A DNA stretch of 25,407 bases, taken from positions 1 through 25,407 of IMG/VR virus record IMGVR_UViG_3300027798_000205. The stretch is one strand, 5' to 3'. The position numbers and the translations under genes were made by a program. The notes below the pieces were generated by a model that was given only the letters and a program-made list of their open reading frames with translations, did not search any database and was not told the DNA's origin. Positions within the stretch are counted from its first letter, which is position 1. Each line of letters starts with the position of its first letter. Of this stretch, positions 17,998-24,374 are shown piece after piece. Source of the stretch: a virus (lineage: Duplodnaviria; Caudoviricetes).

Positions 17998-19604
17998 CAG
18001 TAACTGCCGCCACCGATACTACGCATAGAGCCATCTCCTATATGTTGGGGGTTCATTGTCATAAGGTAGCGGAGGCAGTCGATTGGGTCTTTTGTAGCAC
18101 CCTTGTCACCATCTTGTCCAGTCCATTCTTTAATACAGTAGATAAGATTCTGGCACTTGTCTGATATATAGAGTTTTGGCTTATTTAGAGGGCTAAGTTC
18201 TTGATTCATATCATAGGCAAAGCCGTCATTGATAAGGGCGACCCCCTGCTCGATGCGGATGCCAGCGGCTGGAAGGAAGAACATAGGTTCCTCACCGTCA
18301 TCAAGCATATCGATGAGGGTTACCCCACCATCCTCCGTGACTGCCTTGGTGCCACCTGCTCTAGGGTCAATATAACGCTCACAGATGGTCTCACCGTTTT
18401 CTAGTTCAAGTATTAGGGCCTTGTAGTCGGCTAGGGAGCGTCCAGCACTCGCCCTCTGTGCGGTTCCCGCCTTGCCGTCCGCTTCTGCGGCTGGGAGTGC
18501 CCACTCACCCTCCGACTCGTCTGGAAACTCTCTATACACATAGATATTACCCTCTGTATCCACCCTAGCCCATAGCATAAACCAGTTTCTGGCACCTGCG
18601 GGGTCGGTGACCATATAGTTCGTGCCCTCGGCTGGGACATTTTCGTGCTTTACGATATTAATCTCTGGGCTGAACCGTGGGAACTGGCTACCGCTGATAT
18701 TGTCGGCCCATCCGTAGGCACGAATCTTAATCTCATAGGACTTCTTGCCCATAAGCGTCTTCTTCAACTGCTCAAATGGATTGTAAGGGTTTAGTTGGCT
18801 GTGAAACCACATAACAGCCGCAGAACGGGAGTACGACTTGGCCTTATAGGGCATAGTGCCTCTCGGACAGCCGTTCACATTGATATTGTCTGGGAGAAGC
18901 GGTGAGGGCTTGGTCTCAAGTATCTTTGAGCCGCTTACGAACTCCTTAACCACCGAACTGTACCCAGAGATGGGCGTAAATGTTACTGCCAACTTGCCGC
19001 TTCGGGTGACCACACGGTATCGGAGCGTTTCAATCCAGTCTAGAGGCACAAGTTCATCGCACCAAATCAAATCCACCTCGCCACCCTCAATGACATCACG
19101 CTTTTGGGCGTAATTCATAAAGAAACACTGGCTGTGGTTGGGTAGAATGAATGTATTGTCAGAGAAACCGTTCTTCTGAGTGTACTGAACATTCTGAATC
19201 TTGTTTTTCTTCAGTTCTTTGAACTCAGCGGGCAGGTATTTGTAGATAACATTCTGTTGCATCTGAATAGATGACTGATTCGTGGTGTGTAGGCACCATA
19301 CACGGGCATCTTTAATATTTATAAGCGTCTGGACTACTCTTTTTGCGGCCCATTCCGTTTTGGACGCTCGGTTACCACCTAGGATGAGAATTTCATTGTT
19401 CTCTTTTAGCAACTGGTCGGCTTCTTTCCAGTGTGGTAAGTCAAATCCGTGTCGGTAAGGGTCTAACTTTTCAGCCAGAATCTTATCCTCACGGAGATTA
19501 AGGATTTCTACTGCTTTGTCTGCACCAAATCGTTCAGTAATTCTTTTGATGTCCTCTGGAGTAGGACAAATAAGGATAGGATGAGGAGTGGGCTGAAAAG
19601 CCAT
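17997..19604 (-). CDS. terL: Terminase large subunit
   Basis: Walker A-like ILGGNRASKT, Walker B LIWCDE, TFTP coupling motif, nuclease motifs VTDPA, YIDP, DPIDCLRY. Confidence 0.93.
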   Translation of the reverse strand: MAFQPTPHPILICPTPEDIKRITERFGADKAVEILNLREDKILAEKLDPYRHGFDLPHWKEADQLLKENNEILILGGNRASKTEWAAKRVVQTLINIKDARVWCLHTTNQSSIQMQQNVIYKYLPAEFKELKKNKIQNVQYTQKNGFSDNTFILPNHSQCFFMNYAQKRDVIEGGEVDLIWCDELVPLDWIETLRYRVVTRSGKLAVTFTPISGYSSVVKEFVSGSKILETKPSPLLPDNINVNGCPRGTMPYKAKSYSRSAAVMWFHSQLNPYNPFEQLKKTLMGKKSYEIKIRAYGWADNISGSQFPRFSPEINIVKHENVPAEGTNYMVTDPAGARNWFMLWARVDTEGNIYVYREFPDESEGEWALPAAEADGKAGTAQRASAGRSLADYKALILELENGETICERYIDPRAGGTKAVTEDGGVTLIDMLDDGEEPMFFLPAAGIRIEQGVALINDGFAYDMNQELSPLNKPKLYISDKCQNLIYCIKEWTGQDGDKGATKDPIDCLRYLMTMNPQHIGDGSMRSIGGGSY

Positions 19605-19666
19605 ATCAGTTCGTGAAATGGGATTTCATCATCTTCCTCGTCTTCGATGTCATTAGGGTCAGACAT
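19508..19666 (-). CDS. Possible 52-aa acidic/membrane peptide overlapping the terL start
   Basis: ATG 1 nt after the upstream TGA; MSDPNDIEDEEDDEIPF then hydrophobic LIWLFSPLLILSLFVLL; overlaps terL by 97 nt. Confidence 0.35.
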   Translation of the reverse strand: MSDPNDIEDEEDDEIPFHELIWLFSPLLILSLFVLLQRTSKELLNDLVQTKQ

Positions 19667-19667
19667 T

Positions 19668-20357
19668 TCATCGATATGTCTTTGGCATTTCGACAGGCAT
19701 CTGGGTAGACGGGTCGGCACCAAACTTCAACCCTTGCGGGCCTTGTCGTGGGTCGTTGCGGTTGCCCATATTGAGGGGAGGGGTTTTGTCGTCAGCAGGA
19801 TTGCCGTGGTAGAAGTGGTCTAGGCCGATACCGTCTGCCTCGTTCTTCATAACCATATGGATGCCATCATTAAGACCGCCAGTGGCCTCAAGAGCCTTGT
19901 ACTCTTCAAGCGTGTGAACACCCTTAATCTGTGGGTTGGCCTTGAAGTATTCACCCTGCATAAAGTTCTTTCTTGTCTGCTCAACCCACTTTGGGTCAAC
20001 ATTGTAGTCGGGCTGATTCAACGCTCCCTTAGCGGCATCCAATTCCTTTTGGTCATCATCGCTCATTGCCCCAGTCATTCCCATCGTGTTGGCGAGGGAC
20101 TGGTCGGCTTCAGACATAGTCCCCTTGCCGACTGCGGTCTGTCTATCTGGAAGAGTGCTGTCGAACACCGTGCCACCCTGTAGCCCGATGGACTTTAACT
20201 TGCCACCGTCAGCAAGAATGAGGGTGTTGCTCTGGGAGTTGTAGCCCTCAACGGTCATCCCGTCAACCTTGTGGCCGATATTAACCCAGCGTCTTTTGCC
20301 GTTGGAATCTTCCACGGAGAATAGACCTTCTTTGGGTAGTGCTGAATGAAGTTTCAT
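19668..20357 (-). CDS. Hypothetical protein with N-terminal GspC/PilP-like beta domain
   Basis: FSVEDSNGKRRWVNIGHKVDGMTVEGYNSQSNTLILADGGKLKSIGL pattern; ATGA overlap with the lysozyme gene. Confidence 0.6.
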   Translation of the reverse strand: MKLHSALPKEGLFSVEDSNGKRRWVNIGHKVDGMTVEGYNSQSNTLILADGGKLKSIGLQGGTVFDSTLPDRQTAVGKGTMSEADQSLANTMGMTGAMSDDDQKELDAAKGALNQPDYNVDPKWVEQTRKNFMQGEYFKANPQIKGVHTLEEYKALEATGGLNDGIHMVMKNEADGIGLDHFYHGNPADDKTPPLNMGNRNDPRQGPQGLKFGADPSTQMPVEMPKTYR

Positions 20358-20974
20358 TTTAGATGGATTGGGAAATAGTTCTCAGTGTCTCTGCTGGTTC
20401 CGAGTCTGACCTCGTCAGCCCTGCGTCTAGTGAGGCCCTCCTGCTCGACACCCTTATCATCCTTACGGAAGGCGGGAAGCAGTTGGATGATGTACGGGGC
20501 ACCCTTCGGGTCTTTAGAGTACGCACTGAGGTCTGTGTACTTGCTCCAGTTCGTCCCGACATTGTAAGAGAAGTCCAGCATCGCACCCTGCTGGTTAGGG
20601 TTTGCCTCACGGTAGGCGACATTGTTCAGAAGCAACTTCTGGTGGTTCTTGCCTAGTCTGTCGAACATCCACTGGCTTGCCGCCGCCTCCGTTGTGACGG
20701 CATTGGGGTCTTCTGTCCGCTGACCATAGCCAACGGTTAGGTGTCCAGCAGAGTCTGTGTAGGCGTTTGCCCTAAACCCTTCGTAGGGCTTAACGATGGT
20801 TGCCGCCTGTTTGATTGGGTTGACTGGCCTATCGAACTTCCGTGTGTTCTGAGAGAACGAGTCGTTCAGTTGGGGCAGGTCGGCAGGGTTGAAGTACGCT
20901 GGCGGGATGTACGGTGTGGTCTGCTTGTAGGCAGGATTAGCGTGAAAGTAGGGTTGATTAATTGGCGTAGCCAT
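20354..20974 (-). CDS. Phage lysozyme (GH24 muramidase)
   Basis: E-x8-D-x5-T triad in YEGFRANAYTDSAGHLTVGYG; DFSYNVG; GLTRRRADE. Confidence 0.92.
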   Translation of the reverse strand: MATPINQPYFHANPAYKQTTPYIPPAYFNPADLPQLNDSFSQNTRKFDRPVNPIKQAATIVKPYEGFRANAYTDSAGHLTVGYGQRTEDPNAVTTEAAASQWMFDRLGKNHQKLLLNNVAYREANPNQQGAMLDFSYNVGTNWSKYTDLSAYSKDPKGAPYIIQLLPAFRKDDKGVEQEGLTRRRADEVRLGTSRDTENYFPIHLK

Positions 20975-20991
20975 ATTTAAAAAATTTTATA

Positions 20992-21390
20992 TTAGTACTT
21001 CCCGTTGAACCGTGGGTGTCGGACGACAACCCAGCGTCCTCCATCCCACCGTACATCGACAGGCATCCCGATACCGAACTTAGCGGAGTCACGGCAGATG
21101 ACGGTACTCTCCTTACCCTCCAGCATCACACCGAGGACACGGGGGTTCCTGTACTTGCAGTACACGGTGCCCCGTTTCTTTTCTGGGGAGGAGATGGACT
21201 CTTCGTCCTTGATGCCGAGGGTCTCACGGAGGAGCGAGACACCGAGGTCAGTCCACTCAATCTCCCAGAGGTGTTCGGGCTTCTTGGAGGCGACCTTATC
21301 CCAGTGCGTACCCTTCTCATACGAGGAACGGAGTTCCTTGACGAGGTCTCTGGAGAGTCCGAGAGCGATGCACATAGCCTTTTCCTTCAT
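20992..21390 (-). CDS. Hypothetical protein, possibly DNA-binding (wHTH-like N-terminus)
   Basis: 132 aa; ALGLSRDLVKELR HTH-like start, beta-rich C-terminus; first gene after the tRNAs. Confidence 0.65.
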   Translation of the reverse strand: MKEKAMCIALGLSRDLVKELRSSYEKGTHWDKVASKKPEHLWEIEWTDLGVSLLRETLGIKDEESISSPEKKRGTVYCKYRNPRVLGVMLEGKESTVICRDSAKFGIGMPVDVRWDGGRWVVVRHPRFNGKY

Positions 21391-21397
21391 AGAGCAG

Positions 21398-21428
21398 ATA
21401 TCGGGGACACCTGCGGGGGTGTCAAGCG
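21398..21428 (-). promoter_or_regulatory. Candidate promoter for the late operon
   Basis: GCTTGACA-CCCCCGCAGGTGTCCCC-GATATC just upstream of ATG 21390; perfect -35, weak -10; includes hairpin GACACC-N6-GGTGTC. Confidence 0.45.
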
Positions 21429-21446
21429 ATTAATCTGGATTTCAAC

Positions 21447-21523
21447 TGGTAGGGGCGGGGGGAGTCGAACCCACCGACTTAAGCCTTATAAAGACTCCAC
21501 TCTAACCGCTGAGTTACGCCCCC
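21447..21523 (-). tRNA. tRNA-Ile(UAU)
   Basis: GGGGGCG acceptor, anticodon arm GAGTC-TTTATAA-GGCTT, T-loop TTCGACT, A73, encoded CCA. Confidence 0.92.
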
Positions 21524-21529
21524 AGTAAA

Positions 21530-21600
21530 AAGTCTTGCAGGGATTTGAACCCCGACAAGGAGTACCAAAAACTCCTGTGCTACCGTTACACCACAAGACT
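21530..21600 (-). tRNA. tRNA-Gln(UUG)
   Basis: AGTCTTG/CAAGACT acceptor, GGAGT-TTTTGGT-ACTCC anticodon arm, TTCAAAT T-loop; no encoded CCA. Confidence 0.9.
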
Positions 21601-21605
21601 GAAAG

Positions 21606-21677
21606 TCACCCAGACAGGAGTTGAACCTGCAAACCCCTGCTCCCAAAGCAGGTGCGATACCATTACGCTACTGGATG
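21606..21677 (-). tRNA. tRNA-Pro(UGG)
   Basis: CATCCAG/CTGGGTG acceptor, CCTGC-TTTGGGA-GCAGG, TTCAACT T-loop. Confidence 0.92.
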
Positions 21678-21682
21678 TAAAC

Positions 21683-21754
21683 TCGACCCTCCAAGAATCG
21701 AACTTGGATGACCCGCTTAGAAGGCGGGTGTTCTATCCGTTGAACTAAGGGTCG
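21683..21754 (-). tRNA. tRNA-Arg(UCU)
   Basis: CGACCCT/AGGGTCG acceptor, CCCGC-CTTCTAA-GCGGG, TTCGATT T-loop. Confidence 0.92.
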
Positions 21755-21760
21755 TAAAAT

Positions 21761-21945
21761 AGGGGGTGGGTGGGATTTTAGCCCCACCGATGGTATCGGT
21801 TAATCAGTTTACGCTATTATGCCATTATGACCTGTATTAACACTTAACACATCCTGTAGTCACCTACAGCACCCAAATTGGTCGGCCCTCGGTCATTGCT
21901 GTCAGTTATAGACCTCTTGGCCTTGGGTTAATTACGCCCCGTTAT
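21761..21945 (-). ncRNA. Unassigned structured RNA inside the tRNA array
   Basis: About 190-nt spacer (other spacers 5-6 nt) packed with hairpins, including CTGTAG-GTGA-CTACAG and a T-arm-like GGTGGG-GCTAAAAT-CCCACC at the 3' end. Confidence 0.6.
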
Positions 21946-21949
21946 AGTC

Positions 21950-22021
21950 AGCCTTGTGTTGGGATTGAACCAACGACCTACAGTTTACAAAACTGTCGCA
22001 CTACCACTGTGCTAACAAGGC
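21950..22021 (-). tRNA. tRNA-Thr(UGU)
   Basis: GCCTTGT/ACAAGGC acceptor, ACAGT-TTTGTAA-ACTGT, TTCAATC T-loop. Confidence 0.92.
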
Positions 22022-22088
22022 AAAGTCAGTCTCCGCTTATTTGCGGACTTTAGACCTACCTAATCTCCGCAGAGTCAATGAACGACCT
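22022..22088 (-). ncRNA. Pre-tRNA 5' leader / candidate antisense sRNA against scaffold mRNA
   Basis: Contains AUUAGGUAGGUCUAAAGUCCG, complementary to the scaffold translation start (15247-15268); two alternative hairpins; boxA-like GTTCATTGAC at its 5' end. Confidence 0.6.
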
Positions 22089-22089
22089 T

Positions 22090-22117
22090 ATATTCATTGA
22101 GAATGCTATCGAGTCAA
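22090..22117 (-). promoter_or_regulatory. Candidate promoter of the tRNA operon
   Basis: TTGACT-N16-GAATAT(AAG) followed by boxA-like GTTCATTGAC (22074-22083). Confidence 0.5.
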
Positions 22118-22171
22118 CTAGAATTTCAAAATCCCTTCCCCCAGAATTGGGGGACTGAGGGGGCGAACAAC

Positions 22172-22280
22172 GGGGGTTATTAGGGGGCCAGACAGAGATG
22201 CGTCAAGCAGATTCGGTACTTTTCTTCTATACACCCAATCCCTGCTTGACATAAGACCATTTAACCTCCCCCATACCCCC
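22172..22280. repeat. Symmetric inverted repeat with divergent CTGCTTGAC elements
   Basis: GTCAAGCAG (22202-22210) / CTGCTTGAC (22242-22250) and outer G5 (22172-22176) / C5 (22276-22280) share one symmetry axis. Confidence 0.7.
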
Positions 22281-22708
22281 TCTGACGCTCCTACAAGTAG
22301 TCGCTACAAGTCTAGGTCTATACCTATAGCCTTTTTATACTTAAAAAAGTATGTGAGCGAACCAGACTAAAAGACTGTGCGGGGAATAAAGAACGACCCC
22401 CCCCGCCCCCTAGGTTCAGTTGGGAATGAACCATCTTATTAAAGGTAAAGAACTAAAGGTTCAAACGGATTTGAACAGTCAAGAATCTTGGTCAGTAAAA
22501 GACGGTGAACATAAGTTCAGATATGATTCTAGGGGTCTGGCTGGGCCTGTGAGGGCCGTTGATATCTAGGTTGGTATCCTCGTATCCCCTTGGCTGGGGT
22601 CGGGCCGTGGCGGTGCCTTGGCGGGGCTGGGATTGTGGTCTGGATTGCTGGCGGGCTGGGGAATCTAGACCAGCGATTCAGACGGGTTGGAACGATTCTA
22701 AACAGGCA

Positions 22709-22736
22709 CAAAGAAGCCCCGCTGGTGAGGCGAGGC
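22709..22736 (-). terminator. Intrinsic terminator of the early operon
   Basis: GCCTCGC-CTCACCA-GCGGGGC followed by TTCTTTG, 8 nt after the last stop codon. Confidence 0.75.
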
Positions 22737-22744
22737 GATTGTGA

Positions 22745-22822
22745 TTAGAGACAGAGGACTAGGACTGCTACCAGCCAGCCTAGGGCCACGATTCCGAGGG
22801 CCTGTAGGATTTCAACTAGCAT
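22745..22822 (-). CDS. 25-aa hydrophobic peptide
   Basis: MLVEILQALGIVALGWLVAVLVLCL; ATG overlaps the end of the upstream gene and the stop abuts the terminator. Confidence 0.6.
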   Translation of the reverse strand: MLVEILQALGIVALGWLVAVLVLCL

Positions 22823-23246
22823 CGTCCGAGGGCAGTTCCAGAACCTGTTCCAGACGGGCAGGGGAGTCGTGTTCGGTCGGTGCGTCTGGCATTTCCCAAC
22901 TGTGCTTGATGCGTGAGGCAATGGTCTTGATGACACGGTCAGAGCCGAGGTGAATCACGGTCTCCCATTCGTCAACGGATGCGACCAGAGCGTCCAGCGA
23001 TTCAAACTCGAATTCCTGGGGCTTGAGGCAGTCTGGGATAATCGGAAACTCAATGTTAGGAGCGTGAGATTTTCCGAGCGAGATTCCGAGCGTGTGCCAA
23101 TTCAGATTCTGTTTCCAGAGGTGCTTGTGAACCGTGGCGAGAGCGTCACCGAGGTCGGTGGTCTCGATTGCGAACAGGTGACCGCCCTTGAATTTGTGGC
23201 GGGTGCCGTAGTCTTCCAAGTACTGCGAGGTGATGAGGATGAACAT
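22812..23246 (-). CDS. Hypothetical early phage protein
   Basis: 144 aa; SQYLEDYG..HKFKGG motif; A/C-rich leader like the DUF932 gene. Confidence 0.7.
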   Translation of the reverse strand: MFILITSQYLEDYGTRHKFKGGHLFAIETTDLGDALATVHKHLWKQNLNWHTLGISLGKSHAPNIEFPIIPDCLKPQEFEFESLDALVASVDEWETVIHLGSDRVIKTIASRIKHSWEMPDAPTEHDSPARLEQVLELPSDDAS

Positions 23247-23318
23247 AGGATTTTGTAGTTAGGATTTGGTGACGCTGGGGTCGGGAGCGTTGGCTCCCTT
23301 CCCCTTTGTCGGGTTGGT

Positions 23319-24230
23319 TCAGTTGAGGGTGATGCGGGGGGTGCGGGGCTTGCGAGGGGCGAGAGCGTCAACCATCAGAGACGAGACACTGCCAGCCATT
23401 GCCGAGCGTCCGAGGGTCTGCGTCACATTGCGGTTGATGCGGTCGGCCAATTCAAACTTCTTTCCAGAGACCGTGTGCGTCAGATGCTGGGTCGTGGCGT
23501 TCCACAGGTTGTACAGATTGCGTTCAGAATCTTCACGGTGGGTCGGAGCGTTCCAGATGTCACGGATTTCGTCAGACTGGCGTTCGGACAGTTCCTTGCG
23601 AACCACCAGACCATTCAGAACCTTGTGACCCTCGATATCGGTCAGACGGGTGCGGGCCATCGCCTCCAGCATCGGGGCCGTGCGGTGGAAATTCTCAATC
23701 GCATTATCAACCGCACCACCTGCGAATTCCAGCGAGAGAGCGTCCGTGTGCTTCTTGGTCAGATTGATTGCGTCCAGAGGAGCGACAGCACCGTTGGAGC
23801 AGATGAGTCGGAACAGGCCAACCGCCAGAGCGACACGGAGCGAACCATCGAACGAATTCTGAACACGCAGATTGAAGACGATGTCTTGGTTTCCAACTTT
23901 GAATCCGATGTCATCGAATCGGTAGTTGGCGTGAACACGGGCACCGCCCTGCGTCACCATCACTTTGCGAACAGACTTTCCGAGGCCACGGGACTGGAAG
24001 GTTTCTTCAATCGAACCGAGCAGTTCCGAATTCTGCATCACCTTGTATCGGTCGGTCACGATGCCGAACGCTTCACCCGTGTCCGTGCGGACATTGGCGA
24101 AGAATCGGGTTTCGATTCCGTTGGCGAACAGGGGCTGTTGCTCGACTTTGTAATCCCACTGGGCCGACTGTCGGACGGGAGCGTCCACGATTTCGACTTC
24201 AGTTGCGTTGAGGGTTTCGGGGGAGACCAT
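23319..24230 (-). CDS. DUF932 family protein (303 aa)
   Basis: VRTDTG..GIVTDRYKVMQN, QNSFDGS, FRLICSNG, NLYNLWNATT motifs. True start more likely ATG 24230 (MVSPETL) after an A-rich leader than 24287. Confidence 0.88.
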   Translation of the reverse strand: MVSPETLNATEVEIVDAPVRQSAQWDYKVEQQPLFANGIETRFFANVRTDTGEAFGIVTDRYKVMQNSELLGSIEETFQSRGLGKSVRKVMVTQGGARVHANYRFDDIGFKVGNQDIVFNLRVQNSFDGSLRVALAVGLFRLICSNGAVAPLDAINLTKKHTDALSLEFAGGAVDNAIENFHRTAPMLEAMARTRLTDIEGHKVLNGLVVRKELSERQSDEIRDIWNAPTHREDSERNLYNLWNATTQHLTHTVSGKKFELADRINRNVTQTLGRSAMAGSVSSLMVDALAPRKPRTPRITLN

Positions 24231-24310
24231 ATGCGTTTTTTTGGTTTGAATACGACCCGTGAGGGAAGGCCAGTGACAGACTGGCAACCGTGTCCGTTTT
24301 AATTCTGACT

Positions 24311-24374
24311 AGGACTCGTCAGTAGAGGTGTAACCTCTAGACACTGGGCGATTGCTCGCCCGTTGTTTCGTCCT
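24311..24374 (-). ncRNA. Type II hammerhead ribozyme
   Basis: AGGAC-GAAACA-AC-GGGCGA-GCAA-TCGCCC-AG-TGTC^TAGAGG-TTACA-CCTCTA-CTGACGA-GTCCT: complete CUGANGA, GAAA and GUC core with three paired stems. Confidence 0.95.

Noticed and set aside
19355-19390. Deviant terminase Walker A (GNRASKT rather than GNRxGKT)
   Set aside because: The catalytic R and KT and all other motifs are intact; probably ordinary family variation.
234-21748. Numerous plus-strand ORFs in the track (e.g. 13316-14203, 16388-17599)
   Set aside because: Antisense shadows of tightly packed minus-strand genes, with no recognisable motifs.
21860-21949. Theta/HDV-like ribozyme 3' of tRNA-Thr
   Set aside because: Pseudoknot-like pairings exist, but I could not find a P1 starting at the tRNA 3' end, the P1.1 GG, or a proper J4/2 catalytic strand.
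21447-22021. Stop-codon reassignment or suppressor tRNA
   Set aside because: No CUA/UCA/UUA anticodon, and genes are intact under the standard code.
22266-22281. AGGGGGUAUGGGGG pairing with the C-rich MCP leader
   Set aside because: Low-complexity match already explained by the local inverted repeat.
24231-24287. N-terminal extension MPVCHW... of DUF932
   Set aside because: Non-ATG start inside a hairpin-rich leader; ATG 24230 has the typical A-rich context.
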